A stretch of DNA of 64,000 bases from a virus: positions 31,718 through 95,717 of IMG/VR virus record IMGVR_UViG_3300027835_000143; one strand, given 5' to 3'. Positions 19,638 through 29,517 of this stretch are shown here, piece after piece. The notes below the pieces were generated by a model. The model saw only the letters and a list, made by a program, of their open reading frames with translations, had not been told where the DNA came from and ran no database searches. The position numbers and the translations under genes were made by a program. Within the stretch, counting starts at the first letter, position 1. Each line of letters starts with the position of its first letter.

Positions 19638-20200
19638 ACCTAAAGGAACGCTCGGCCGTGCGCACGACGCGGAAGAAGTGCGCGCGCTGCGGGCGCACCG
19701 GCTGGTACCGGCCGCGGGAGCGGCGGTGCAAGCAGATGGAGCGGACCGCGATGGGCAAGACCGGGTACTGGTGCTATGGCGCCCTGGCGAAGGTCGTCAC
19801 GGCTCGGAGGGCGCCGAGGCCCCTCGTGCCGCTGCTGGACCCGAGGCTCGGGATCGGGCAGGTGCTCGGCGAGGACTACCAGGCCCGCGTCGCGGCGGAG
19901 ATCCTGCGGCGCGGCGCCACGCACCGGGTGAAGTATGGGAGGCAGCTCACGGCCGTACGGATCGCCACGGCGAAGCTCGCGACGCGGATCAAGCGGCTGC
20001 AGACGGCGCTCCGCAAGCGGCAGCAGCAGGTCCGGCGGCTGGAGCGGCTGGCGACCCTGCCGGACGCGGAGGTCGAGGCCATACGGCGCAGGGCCGAGAC
20101 GGCCGCCAGGGTCCAGCAGGTCCGGCGGCGGCTCCTGAAGGCGTCTGGGCAGGCCGGGGCCGTGGACGCCTCGCGGCAGGCCGCCAGCGCGTCGCCGTAG
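19634..20200 (+). CDS. Basic Zn-ribbon/coiled-coil hypothetical protein
   Basis: CARC..C..C then Arg-rich coiled coil. Confidence 0.5.
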   Translation: MNLKERSAVRTTRKKCARCGRTGWYRPRERRCKQMERTAMGKTGYWCYGALAKVVTARRAPRPLVPLLDPRLGIGQVLGEDYQARVAAEILRRGATHRVKYGRQLTAVRIATAKLATRIKRLQTALRKRQQQVRRLERLATLPDAEVEAIRRRAETAARVQQVRRRLLKASGQAGAVDASRQAASASP

Positions 20201-20275
20201 CGAGAGCCGGCAGGGCCGCGTAGGGTTATCCGGCCGGGAACCGCGCGCCTTAGAACGGCGCTAATAGCCTCAGAT

Positions 20276-20289
20276 GTTAGTCGCCTAAC
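20276..20289. promoter_or_regulatory. Operator-like palindrome GTTAG-TCGC-CTAAC
   Basis: Perfect 5-bp arms in the intergenic gap 20201-20334. Confidence 0.6.
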
Positions 20290-20340
20290 AGCCGGCTGGC
20301 CTGGTGTATTAGAACGCTACAGGAGCGGAGGGAGGTGCTC

Positions 20341-20610
20341 ATGAGTGGGACGCTGCGCGTCCAGCGGCACCCGTGCGCGACATGCATCTACCGGGCGGAC
20401 TCGCCGCTGGACCTCCGGGCGCTGGAAGCGGCGATCGCGGACCCGCGCTGCGCCGGGTTCTTCGCCAACTTCCGCGTCTGCCACCACAGCGCTGATGCGT
20501 GCTGCCGCGGATTCTGGGACAGGTACCGCGACGCCTTCACGCTCGGGCAGTTGGCGCAGCGGCTCGGCCTCGTCGAGTTCGTGCAGGACGACATAGGGAA
20601 GAAGGAGTGA
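20341..20610 (+). CDS. Cys-rich phage protein
   Basis: PCATCIY, F.VCHH, CCRGF; GGAGG RBS. Confidence 0.6.
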   Translation: MSGTLRVQRHPCATCIYRADSPLDLRALEAAIADPRCAGFFANFRVCHHSADACCRGFWDRYRDAFTLGQLAQRLGLVEFVQDDIGKKE

Positions 20611-20613
20611 GAC

Positions 20614-20838
20614 GTGACGATGATCTACATCGTGATGGTCGCGCGCGCGTTCTCCGGCGACAAGATCCTGGACGTCTTCGCCGACGCGGACCTCGCGCGC
20701 CGCTGGATCGAGGTCGCCGCGCGGCTCGACGGCGTCCGGGGCGAGTGGCGGACCGGCGAGCACGGCGCGGTCTTCACCGACGGCATCGACGAGTGGCACG
20801 TGTTCCCGCGCGACCTGCGGGTGAGGGAGGAGGCGTGA
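20614..20838 (+). CDS. Hypothetical protein
   Basis: AAGGAG RBS. Confidence 0.5.
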   Translation: MTMIYIVMVARAFSGDKILDVFADADLARRWIEVAARLDGVRGEWRTGEHGAVFTDGIDEWHVFPRDLRVREEA

Positions 20839-21257
20839 TGGCGTCAGAAACGCGAGCGACGACTAAGAGGACGGCCGAACCGCAGTGGTATCCGGTGACC
20901 GACCTCGTCTTGTATGTGCACACGGCGAAAGCGGTCCGCGCAAATTCAGCGGTGCCAGCTGACCGAGTCCTGCTGGTAGTCGCGACCGGCGGAAAACAGT
21001 GCGAGGCATGGAAGTGCACGTGGACGCCGAAGGGTCTCGATCACCCGGCGTTCAAGAAGCCGTTACCGTTCACCGACGCAGGACTGCGACGCGGAATGAT
21101 TCGTGGCATCGCGCGAAACGGCAGCGAACCGACGGCAGTGTTCAAACCGGATTCATTCTATCGTCGGGTGACCGTGGCTCAGTTGAAAGGTGGCCAATAT
21201 GGCGTTCGAGACGACGGCGGACCAGTCCGACTTCGAGGCGCGCGCGGACCGGATTGA
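20838..21257 (+). CDS. Hypothetical protein
   Basis: GGAGG RBS, TGATG overlap. Confidence 0.5.
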   Translation: MASETRATTKRTAEPQWYPVTDLVLYVHTAKAVRANSAVPADRVLLVVATGGKQCEAWKCTWTPKGLDHPAFKKPLPFTDAGLRRGMIRGIARNGSEPTAVFKPDSFYRRVTVAQLKGGQYGVRDDGGPVRLRGARGPD

Positions 21258-21408
21258 GGAGCTGTGCGCGCAGATCGACCGGCTGACGTGGACACTCCTT
21301 GACGCGCAGTCCCCGCTCGCGCACCGGCTGCGGAAGAACGCGAAGGACATCGAACTCGCCGTCGCGGACCTGCGCGCGCTGGCGCAGAAGGGAGGACGGC
21401 AGTCGTGA
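21199..21408 (+). CDS. Small helical hypothetical protein
   Basis: AAAGGT RBS; amphipathic. Confidence 0.45.
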   Translation: MAFETTADQSDFEARADRIEELCAQIDRLTWTLLDAQSPLAHRLRKNAKDIELAVADLRALAQKGGRQS

Positions 21409-21491
21409 GGAAGGGTTCGTGTACACCATCGGCTACCGACACGTCTGTCAGGTGATCATCACCCGATGAAACCGCAAGGAGGCGGACGAAA

Positions 21492-21896
21492 ATGGGATTT
21501 CGATTATCGAAGGCGCAAGCACGTGACTGGGATGAACGGTGTACGCAACTATCCAAGATTCAAGCTCTCGCCGAGAGCGAGTTTGCGACGCTGCTACAGG
21601 AGCTCGACATGATCGTGGCGCCGCTCAACGACCTAATCCGCCGCTACATCGACGCGGCTACTGAGGTGCGCACCCTTGCTGAAGCGATTGCAACAGAGCA
21701 CCGCGAGAGTTACGACGAGCGTTCGGAGTAATGGCAGGAGAGTGATGTAGGACAGGCAGCGCTCGATTTTGTTGAAGCGTGGGAAAGTGTCGGAGATGCA
21801 CTACAGGATGTCGAGGAGATCGAGATCGTCGCGCCAGACGAGCCCAGCTTCGCCGATCTGACCCTCGCTGACCTGCCGGAAGGAGCAGACCAATGA
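21492..21896 (+). pseudogene. Acidic phage protein interrupted by in-frame TAA at 21729-21731
   Basis: YDERSE*WQESDVG...; frame stays open to TGA 21896, which overlaps the next ATG. Confidence 0.65.
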
Positions 21897-22225
21897 CACG
21901 GCCAATTGGCTATGACGCGCTGCCGAAGCGGTTCAAGACCTACATCGACGATCTAGAATCACAACTCCGGACGTTGGCAATGCAGGTTCCGGCTAGGAAG
22001 GCGGTCCAAGGTACGCAGCTCAAGCTCGTCGACCGCCTCTACCAAGGCAACGACGGCTATCTGTCGGATGATACGGAGTTCGCGTTCCTGATTGGAACTG
22101 ATGAGTTCAGGGTCAAAGCGGCGCGGAATCACGGCGTCGACGGCGTCGAGGTGTCGTCACCGAGCGGGCCGCTCGTCGTCCACCCGCGCGTCTCGAACGT
22201 CGTCGTGATCGGGGCGGCACCGTGA
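21893..22225 (+). CDS. Hypothetical protein
   Basis: AAGGAG RBS; C-terminal LVVHPRVSNVV. Confidence 0.6.
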   Translation: MTRPIGYDALPKRFKTYIDDLESQLRTLAMQVPARKAVQGTQLKLVDRLYQGNDGYLSDDTEFAFLIGTDEFRVKAARNHGVDGVEVSSPSGPLVVHPRVSNVVVIGAAP

Positions 22226-22389
22226 GCCGGTCGCCGCTCGGCGCGCTCATCCGCCTGCTGACGGCCTCGGCGAAGGTCGCGCGGGACGTCAACGCCGTCG
22301 CGACCGGCCACGTCGCGCGGCGAGTCAGGAACAGGGCTATCGGCCGCGCGCTCGGACGCCTCGGCGTCTGGCGGCGGCTCTGGAGGTGA
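22222..22389 (+). CDS. Small basic protein
   Basis: GTGA overlap; ARDVNAVATG..ARRV.NR pattern. Confidence 0.4.
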   Translation: MSRSPLGALIRLLTASAKVARDVNAVATGHVARRVRNRAIGRALGRLGVWRRLWR

Positions 22390-22393
22390 CGCG

Positions 22394-22624
22394 ATGACAG
22401 GACGACAGGACGTGCCGCTCTTGCTCCGTGACGGTTTCTTCGCATTCATGATCGCTATCAGCGTCGCGGTCGGCGTCGCGACCGGGGTGCTGCTGGCCTA
22501 TCAGGTAGACGCTAACCAGCCGATCCTCGCGGCGATTAGCTGCGTTAGCATGCTGGCGCAGGCTGTGTTCGTCGCCTTCGAGGCGCACTTGTGGAGGCGG
22601 GCGCGGAGCCTGCGCGGCCGGTGA
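22394..22624 (+). CDS. Two-TM membrane protein
   Basis: GGAGG RBS; two hydrophobic helices. Confidence 0.5.
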   Translation: MTGRQDVPLLLRDGFFAFMIAISVAVGVATGVLLAYQVDANQPILAAISCVSMLAQAVFVAFEAHLWRRARSLRGR

Positions 22625-23103
22625 GGGTCGGCTTCACGGGCACGCGACGCGGCATGTCGCAGCCGCAGAAGGACCAGCTTGCGTTCGTGCTCGGCATCTG
22701 CTGCCTGCCGCCCGGGCAGGAGTTCCATTACGGTACGCACGAGTCCGCGGTGCTGCTCGCGGACGTCGAGGCGGCGACGATCGCGGCCTCGTTCGGGTTC
22801 CGGCTCCGGCCGCATTACGCGCGGTCCGGCGAGGAACTGCAGCGCGACATGGAACAGGTCGCCTCGGTCGATCTCTTAATCGCCGCACCGCTGACGGACA
22901 GGGAGAAGATCCGGAGCGACACGTGGGCGACGGTACGGCGGGCGCGCGCGGCGCGGAAGCCGGTCGTCATGCTCTCGCGCGGCGACGCGGCCAGGCGCGC
23001 CGCGCCGCCTGACCATCTCCGCCTGGAACTCGTTAAGCGACTGACGGGAGGACGTCATGGCGGACCGCGACTTACGACCGACGTCACGCACCACACGGAT
23101 TGA
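22621..23103 (+). CDS. SLOG/YspA-like nucleotide-binding protein
   Basis: VGFTGTRRGM, LLIAAP, RSDTWATVRRA...KPV. Confidence 0.6.
   Translation: MRVGFTGTRRGMSQPQKDQLAFVLGICCLPPGQEFHYGTHESAVLLADVEAATIAASFGFRLRPHYARSGEELQRDMEQVASVDLLIAAPLTDREKIRSDTWATVRRARAARKPVVMLSRGDAARRAAPPDHLRLELVKRLTGGRHGGPRLTTDVTHHTD
23032..23045. promoter_or_regulatory. Operator-like site GTTAA-GCGA-CTGAC
   Basis: Abuts GGGAGG RBS of gene at 23057. Confidence 0.5.
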
Positions 23104-25033
23104 GCGCGCGCCGGAGGTCGTCCGGACCGGCGAGTGGTACTGGGTGACTGAGAGGGGCGGCCGGTGGCTCGGCTGCGTGACGCACCTCGGGACGAACTAC
23201 GTCGAGCTGCGGGGACCGTACGTCGGCAAGGACTATTGCAGCCGGCACGAGGAGCGCGTCCACCTCGACGCCTTCTCCGCGCGGTGCGAACGCGAACCGG
23301 ACGCGCGCGCGGTGATCGAGGCCGAACTCGCGCGGCGGCGCGGGACCGTCGCGCGCCTGCTCGGCGAGGTCAAGGAGCTGACGGCGCGGCTCGGCGTCTC
23401 GCACGCGGAGCGCCTCACGGACGGCGCCGTGGAGACGCAGGCGATCGCCACGCGGCAGGAGGGGCGGCTAAAGGACTACCGGAAGGCGCTTGCGAAGGCA
23501 GAGAAGACGGATCTGCCGGCGCTATTCAAGCGCATCGAGCACGAACACGAGGCGCTCGCCGCGTGGATGACGGCCGACCTGCTGCCGCTGCAGGCCCAGG
23601 CCGACCTGCTCGACCCGCTCGTCGCCGCGATCAAGGGCCGGATCCTGAACGTCGAGCTGTACGCCGGCCTCTGCGAGACGGTCGAACTCGTCGCCGACGG
23701 CGCGCCAGCGCCGCTCGCCGAGCCGGTGCGCGTCATGCAGCGGCGGCACTACATGGACGAGGAGTGCCTGGCGAACTATGAGGCCGGCGGGATGCGGATA
23801 GCCGGCCTGCCCGGGTTCGACCGGTGGCTCTCGAGGCCGGAGAACCGCGACCGCCTGCTGCCGTTCCCGCGCTGCGTCCTCGCCTTCCGCGTCCGGCGCC
23901 ACAGGAAGGAGGACGAGGGCGACTGGCGCGGGCGGTGGATCCGCATTGACGGCATCGCCGGCGACCCTGACGCGTGGACGTTCCTCTACCTGCGGAACGG
24001 CGAGCGGCTCTGGCGGCTGAACACCGGCATCGAGTTCGGCGAGCGGCTGTTTCCGGACGTCTCGCAGGCGCGGATGCTCGATGGCTCCGTCCTCTACGCG
24101 AAGTGCTTCGCCGGCGTGCGGCGCGGCGACGACGCCGAGCTGATCACGGATGGGCACTACGAGACGCTGAAGGCCGAGTACCTCACGCTGCGGGACGCGC
24201 GCAGCGATGACCTGTTCACGAAGGACGCCCGTCAGCGGAGGAAGAACGCGGAACGGATGCTCGCGTCGCGGCGGACGGAGGTCGCGAAGGCCGAGAAGAC
24301 GTTCGAGCCGATCTCGCTCGGCTTCTACTCTTGGGTCCGGTTCGACCGACGGAGCACGCTCTACGACGACGTCGCGGCCGTCGTCGCGGCGCACGTCGAG
24401 CGGCACAACCGTCTCGTCATGGTCCTGCAGGGGCTGCTCGACCGCAGCGAGGTCTTCCACCCGCATCCGCCGTACCGGCTCTGGGAGGCGGCGGACTTCG
24501 GGCGCGCGCTCGTGCTCGTGCACGATGAGAGCCGTGCACTGACCTCCGGCGCGGCGCCGGATTTCGAGGCGTACCGCGCGCGGCTGAATGCGACGCTCGC
24601 GACCGGGTCGACGTGCGTCGGCCAGGACGACTACTGGCAGGAGCGCGAGGCCATGCGTGAGAACGAGCGGCAGCGGAACGACTGGCGCGTCAGGCACGAG
24701 TCGCACTACACGCGGTTCACGCCGTACGGCGACCGCGGCCCAGGCGACCTCGCGCAGCCGATCCGTGTGACGAGGTCAGCTGCGGTGTTCGAATGGTCGA
24801 AGGAGCGGAGCCAGCGTGCGCGGCGGCGGTGGGGTACGCCGGACGGCGACATCCGGCGGACGCTGACGGTCCCGTTCGCGCGGCTGCTGAACGTCTCGGC
24901 CTACGTGCCGGGAGACTTCCGGCGGTTCTTCGCCGACCCGCGGACGCGGGCGGATTATTTGAAGTGGGCGCCGCTGCTGCTGGCGGCCGAGGACTGGCAC
25001 GCGAAGAGGAATGGGGAAGGGAAGAAGCGATGA
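23057..25033 (+). CDS. Large phage hypothetical protein (658 aa)
   Basis: Long ORF with strong RBS; ELYAGL.E, QRRHYMDEE, LQGLLDRS, FF.DPRTR..YL.WA blocks look conserved. Confidence 0.75.
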   Translation: MADRDLRPTSRTTRIERAPEVVRTGEWYWVTERGGRWLGCVTHLGTNYVELRGPYVGKDYCSRHEERVHLDAFSARCEREPDARAVIEAELARRRGTVARLLGEVKELTARLGVSHAERLTDGAVETQAIATRQEGRLKDYRKALAKAEKTDLPALFKRIEHEHEALAAWMTADLLPLQAQADLLDPLVAAIKGRILNVELYAGLCETVELVADGAPAPLAEPVRVMQRRHYMDEECLANYEAGGMRIAGLPGFDRWLSRPENRDRLLPFPRCVLAFRVRRHRKEDEGDWRGRWIRIDGIAGDPDAWTFLYLRNGERLWRLNTGIEFGERLFPDVSQARMLDGSVLYAKCFAGVRRGDDAELITDGHYETLKAEYLTLRDARSDDLFTKDARQRRKNAERMLASRRTEVAKAEKTFEPISLGFYSWVRFDRRSTLYDDVAAVVAAHVERHNRLVMVLQGLLDRSEVFHPHPPYRLWEAADFGRALVLVHDESRALTSGAAPDFEAYRARLNATLATGSTCVGQDDYWQEREAMRENERQRNDWRVRHESHYTRFTPYGDRGPGDLAQPIRVTRSAAVFEWSKERSQRARRRWGTPDGDIRRTLTVPFARLLNVSAYVPGDFRRFFADPRTRADYLKWAPLLLAAEDWHAKRNGEGKKR

Positions 25034-26844
25034 GACTGAAGCGGGACGGAGGAGGACAAGTGAAACAGATCCAGACGATCCGGACGCCAAGCGGTCCGCT
25101 CGCGCTCGTCAGGCAGACGGCGGAGAAACTCCTCGCGGAAGGCGTCATCAGCGGGACGATGGACGGCGATCTGCATGCGGCGGACGCGGCGACGGTGAAG
25201 GCCGCGATCCTAGCGTCCGCGATCTGCGACTTCTGCAGCGCGCCTGGCGCGGTGCACTTCTTCGACGTGCCGGACTTCGGCATTACGAAGAACGCTGATG
25301 CGACGAACTACTCCGCGTCGAAGTCGACCGGCGGCTGGATGGCCTGCGATGACTGCGACGCGCTGATCCGGGCCGACAAGCGGAAGCAGCTCCTTGATCG
25401 TGCCGTCTCGAACCACGCCTTCCCTAAGTTCTCGCGCCGGATGATCGAGGAGCTGTACGGGAAGTTCTGGCAGGGAATGGATGAGCGCGCCGCCGGTGCT
25501 GGCGCGGCGGCCGCGATCGCCGACTACGTCGAAGGGCAGCTCACTGAAGTCGCGCAGCAGCCGAGGACGGCCCGCGATGAACGGATCGCCGCGATCTGTC
25601 GCGCGACCGGGCTGTCGCCGCAGGAGATGATCACCGTCCTCGAACAGCGGGTCGCGCTCCTGGCGCGGCAGAGCGGTGAGATCAACCAGAAGATCGCGAC
25701 GGTCGGACACGAGATCTACGCGAAGCTCGCGCGGTTCGGACGGCAGATCGATAAGTTGGACCTCGGCGCGACGATCGACAAGCTGCTGGCAGAGCCTCGG
25801 AAACCGCTCGCCGACATCGTCCCGCACTGGCAGCGCGCGCTGGACGCGAAGTTCGAGGCGGCGCGGACGATCAGGGCGATCGTCGCCGGTGCGCGGGCGC
25901 TCATCCAGACGGATGCGACCGACCTGAACGATCCGCGAGCACTTCGAGATCTCGTGACGCGGACATCGCACGTCCGCGAGATGCAGGCGCTCGGCTTCGC
26001 CGACGACGTCCGGGCGCTCATGGCGGCGCAGGCGTACTCGTTCAACAGCGAGACGGCGTCAGCGATCCGCGAGGCCGCGCGGAGCGTGCCGCACGACGCG
26101 CCGCTCTCGTCGATCGAGACGCCGAACGTCGGCGCCGGCTGGTTCTGGTTCGCTGAACCGCTCGAACTCGCCGGAGCGCCTATGGTCTCAGACAAGACGG
26201 ACGCGCTGCTCTGGACGTGGACCGGGAGCGGAACGGACGCGTCGATCCGGTTCTCTGCGTTCGTCGTCGCGCGGAAGGGCACCGCCGCGGACGACCTGCT
26301 TGGGAAGGTCCTGCCGTCGACGAAGTGGCACTGGCCGCTCAACATGACCTTCCACGACATGCTCGCCTATAGCAGAGAGTGCCATCGCCGCGACTACGGC
26401 GAAGGCGGGAAGCTCCTGCGAGACGGCATGCGGATCGCCCCCGAGGAGGAGACGATGCGCGTCGTCGGCGAGCTGAGCCTGTTCTTCGTCATGGCCTGCC
26501 TCTGGTTCCGGCAGACGGTGCCGGTCCTGACGCGCGCGCCGGGGCAGGTCGAGCGGCACGCGCGGAAACGGATGATGCGGGAGCACAAGCTCGCGGAGCC
26601 GCCGACGGTGCAGGTCGTCGCGCTGCGGAAGTCGCTCCGCGTCCCGGCGGGGGCGGCGGAGGGCGACCGCGTCGCCGGCGCGCGGGAGTACCGCTGCCGG
26701 TGGATCGTCCGCGGTCATCCTCGCCTGCAGGCGTGCGGTCCGGGCCGCAAGGACCGCAAGCTGATCTGGGTCGAGGCGCACGTCGCGGGACCACCAGAAC
26801 AGCCACTTAAGACACGCCAGCGCGTTTACGCTGTGGTGCGTTAA
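25030..26844 (+). CDS. Large phage hypothetical protein
   Basis: N-terminal CDFC/CDDC; C-terminal WIVRGH.R.Q.CGP....KLIWV..H..GP. Confidence 0.7.
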   Translation: MRLKRDGGGQVKQIQTIRTPSGPLALVRQTAEKLLAEGVISGTMDGDLHAADAATVKAAILASAICDFCSAPGAVHFFDVPDFGITKNADATNYSASKSTGGWMACDDCDALIRADKRKQLLDRAVSNHAFPKFSRRMIEELYGKFWQGMDERAAGAGAAAAIADYVEGQLTEVAQQPRTARDERIAAICRATGLSPQEMITVLEQRVALLARQSGEINQKIATVGHEIYAKLARFGRQIDKLDLGATIDKLLAEPRKPLADIVPHWQRALDAKFEAARTIRAIVAGARALIQTDATDLNDPRALRDLVTRTSHVREMQALGFADDVRALMAAQAYSFNSETASAIREAARSVPHDAPLSSIETPNVGAGWFWFAEPLELAGAPMVSDKTDALLWTWTGSGTDASIRFSAFVVARKGTAADDLLGKVLPSTKWHWPLNMTFHDMLAYSRECHRRDYGEGGKLLRDGMRIAPEEETMRVVGELSLFFVMACLWFRQTVPVLTRAPGQVERHARKRMMREHKLAEPPTVQVVALRKSLRVPAGAAEGDRVAGAREYRCRWIVRGHPRLQACGPGRKDRKLIWVEAHVAGPPEQPLKTRQRVYAVVR

Positions 26845-26856
26845 AAAGGAGACGAG

Positions 26857-27552
26857 ATGTCGAGACGAGGGACAGCACCAAAATGTCCGCGCTGTGCGCA
26901 GTTCTACAAGGGCGCGCTGGCGCAGCACGTCTGCGGCAAGCCGGGCACGCGGCCCGGATACCGCGTGCCGAGGGATACCGTAGAGAAACGCGCCGCAGCG
27001 AATCGCGGTCGCAAGCAGACGGCGCAGGCCCGCGCGAACATGTGCGTTGCCGCGCGCACTCGTGCTGCGAAAGGAGGCCATCCGTTTCAACGCCAAGACG
27101 TTCGCGCGCGCGGAGCTGCGTCACGCCGCGGGAAGCCGGTTCTCTCATTCTTGAGACCGGATTCAGTTCATAAAAGAACCGAGGCCATCGCGAAGACGGA
27201 ACGGTCGCGCGCGTCGACGTCGATCGAGCTAACGGTCAGAGTTGCGCTGGCCGCTATGGGCGTGGCCTTTATCAGGAGCTATCCGGTCGCGCCGTTCATT
27301 GTCGACATGTTCGTGCCTGCGCTCGACCTTGCGATTGAATGCGACGGCGACTACTGGCATTCGCGTCCTGAAGCAGCTGCGCACGACGCTCGCAAGACAG
27401 CTGCGCTCGTGGCTGCTGGTCTGACTGTTCTAAGGTTGACCGAAACGGAGATCCGAAACGGATCGTTCTACGAGAAACTCTGTGCCGCCGTAGGCCGCAC
27501 GCCGAACTCTATCGACGGCGAGACGCCGAACGAGAAAGCGAAACGCCGATGA
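26857..27552 (+). CDS. DUF559/Vsr-like endonuclease with NUMOD3-like repeats (homing endonuclease)
   Basis: TSIE, FIVD, IECDGDYWH, D..K...L...G..VLRL.E; GRKQT....ANM. Confidence 0.8.
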   Translation: MSRRGTAPKCPRCAQFYKGALAQHVCGKPGTRPGYRVPRDTVEKRAAANRGRKQTAQARANMCVAARTRAAKGGHPFQRQDVRARGAASRRGKPVLSFLRPDSVHKRTEAIAKTERSRASTSIELTVRVALAAMGVAFIRSYPVAPFIVDMFVPALDLAIECDGDYWHSRPEAAAHDARKTAALVAAGLTVLRLTETEIRNGSFYEKLCAAVGRTPNSIDGETPNEKAKRR

Positions 27553-27788
27553 GCTACAGGTTCGTCGCGCGTCTCTCGCCGGGCCTCGTGCGCCTCAGCG
27601 GCGGCGAGTTCGGGATGCAGCTCTGGTCGGTCGGCTGGGCGCGGAAGGACGCGCGCTGCATGCACCGGACGACCTGCGGCCTCGCGCTGCCGAAGGGTAC
27701 GCGGACGTACCGGCCGATCACGAACGGAAACAACCGCATGCACCGCATCGGCGAGGCGTGCATGGCGCTCATGGAGGAGATCGGATGA
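27549..27788 (+). CDS. Small Zn-binding protein
   Basis: ATGA overlaps; C....CG...YRP....RI...C. Confidence 0.5.
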   Translation: MSYRFVARLSPGLVRLSGGEFGMQLWSVGWARKDARCMHRTTCGLALPKGTRTYRPITNGNNRMHRIGEACMALMEEIG

Positions 27789-28270
27789 CCATCAAGACGC
27801 GGGAGCGGAAGGCGAAGAGGCAGGCGAAGGGACTGCGGCCGCGTGACGGTGTCGTGCCGTACCCGTTCGGTGAGCGGTCCGATATCGAGGACATCGAGGC
27901 CGGCGAGCAGCGGGAGGAGGTACCTGGCGGCCTGAGGAAGGAGCAGGCTGTCGCGCTTGGGCGCAAGCTCCGCGACCGCATGGACGGCCACGGCTGGCGG
28001 CTACACGTCTGGCAGAACCTCGGCTGGCGCTACACCGTGCATCGCGGCCCGCTCTCGGTCTACCCGGTCTATGGATGTCGTGGCGGCGTAACGTACTTAT
28101 GCCGGCTCGCCGCCGCGCCTGAGGATACGAGCGGCTCCGGCGCCATCTTCTGGCCGGACCAGTCGCGCAGGCGCAACCCGAACGCCGCAGTCGCCTCGCA
28201 GCTCGTCGTGGCGCGGGCGTTCGTCGAGAGGTGTGTGCTCGCTATCGAAGCGGCCAGTAGTCAGCTATGA
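27785..28270 (+). CDS. Hypothetical protein
   Basis: ATGA overlaps; W..HVWQNLGW.Y. Confidence 0.55.
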   Translation: MTIKTRERKAKRQAKGLRPRDGVVPYPFGERSDIEDIEAGEQREEVPGGLRKEQAVALGRKLRDRMDGHGWRLHVWQNLGWRYTVHRGPLSVYPVYGCRGGVTYLCRLAAAPEDTSGSGAIFWPDQSRRRNPNAAVASQLVVARAFVERCVLAIEAASSQL

Positions 28271-29517
28271 CGGCCTACACGCTCCGCCCCTATCAGCAGG
28301 CGGCCGTCGACGCCTCGCTCGCCTACCTGCAGGACCGGAAGCTCGCCGGTCGGAACGGCATCGTCGTCCAGCCGACCGGCGGCGGGAAGTCGCTCGTCAT
28401 CGCCGCGCTCTGCGACCGGCTCGACGCCCCGGCGCTCGTCTTCCAGCCGTCGCGGGAGATCCTGGAGCAGAACGCGGAGAAGCTCGCTCACTACGGCTAC
28501 CGCGCCGCCGTCTTCTCCGCCAGCCTCGGGCGCCGGGAGGTCGGGCGCATCACGCTCGCGACGGTCGGCAGCGTGATGCGCTACCCGGAGGTCTTCCGCG
28601 ACGTGAGGTACGTGCTCGTCGACGAGTGCCACGCGGTGAACGCGCGCGGCGGGATGTACGACGAGTTCCTCGCCGGCCTCGCCGGCGTCCGTGTCCTCGG
28701 CCTGACGGCGACGCCGTTCCGGCTGGCGTCGAACAGCTTCGGGAGCGAGCTGCGGTTCCTGACGCGGACGCGTCCGCGCGTCTTCCGCGACGTCGTCCAC
28801 GTGACGCAGGTCCAGGACCTCGTACGCGCCGGCTGGTGGGCGCCGCTCCGCTACCTGACGGACCGGACGGTCGTCGACCGGTCGCGCCTGAAGCTGAACT
28901 CCAAGGGTAGCGACTACACGGACGAGAGCGTCCAGGGTCACCTGCTGGAGGTCGGCTTCGTCGGCGAGCTGCAGGCGGCGGTCGAGCGGCAGCTCGACGA
29001 GGGCCGGCGGAACGTCCTCGTCTTCACGCGGTTCGTGAACGAGAGCGAGCGGCTCGCGAAGGCCGTACCCGGGACGGCCGTCGTGACGGCGGAGACGCCA
29101 CCGCAGGAGCGCGCGCAGATCCTCTCGGACTACCGGCGCGGGAAGATCCGCGTCGTCTCGAACGTGGGAATCATCGCACTCGGCTTCGACTTTCCGGAGC
29201 TGGAGTGCGTCGTGCTCGGACGCCCGTCGATCTCGCTCGCGCTGTACTATCAGCAGGTCGGCCGCGGCGTGCGGCCGCATCCGGCGAAGGCGTACACGCA
29301 GGTCGTCGACCTCGTCGGGCTGACGCACCTGTTCGGCAAGGCCGAGGACCTCACGCTGCGGAAGGTCGGCGCCGGATCCGACCAGTGGGTAATGGCGAGC
29401 GGCGCGCGGCATCTGACGAACATCTATTTCTCGGACCGCGACAGCGTCAACCCGAAGATCGCGGCGAAGGCGATCGCGACGCGGCGGTACTGGGCGAAGC
29501 GAAGGAGGCGGGCATGA
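28267..29517 (+). CDS. SF2 DEAD/H helicase (RadD/UvsW-like)
   Basis: LRPYQ, PTGGGKS, DECH, LTATP, GFDFP, QQVGRGVR. Confidence 0.92.
   Translation: MTAYTLRPYQQAAVDASLAYLQDRKLAGRNGIVVQPTGGGKSLVIAALCDRLDAPALVFQPSREILEQNAEKLAHYGYRAAVFSASLGRREVGRITLATVGSVMRYPEVFRDVRYVLVDECHAVNARGGMYDEFLAGLAGVRVLGLTATPFRLASNSFGSELRFLTRTRPRVFRDVVHVTQVQDLVRAGWWAPLRYLTDRTVVDRSRLKLNSKGSDYTDESVQGHLLEVGFVGELQAAVERQLDEGRRNVLVFTRFVNESERLAKAVPGTAVVTAETPPQERAQILSDYRRGKIRVVSNVGIIALGFDFPELECVVLGRPSISLALYYQQVGRGVRPHPAKAYTQVVDLVGLTHLFGKAEDLTLRKVGAGSDQWVMASGARHLTNIYFSDRDSVNPKIAAKAIATRRYWAKRRRRA

Noticed and set aside
21729-21731. Stop-codon recoding of TAA
   Set aside because: TAA, TAG and TGA all terminate well-recognised genes elsewhere; one case is better explained by mutation or error
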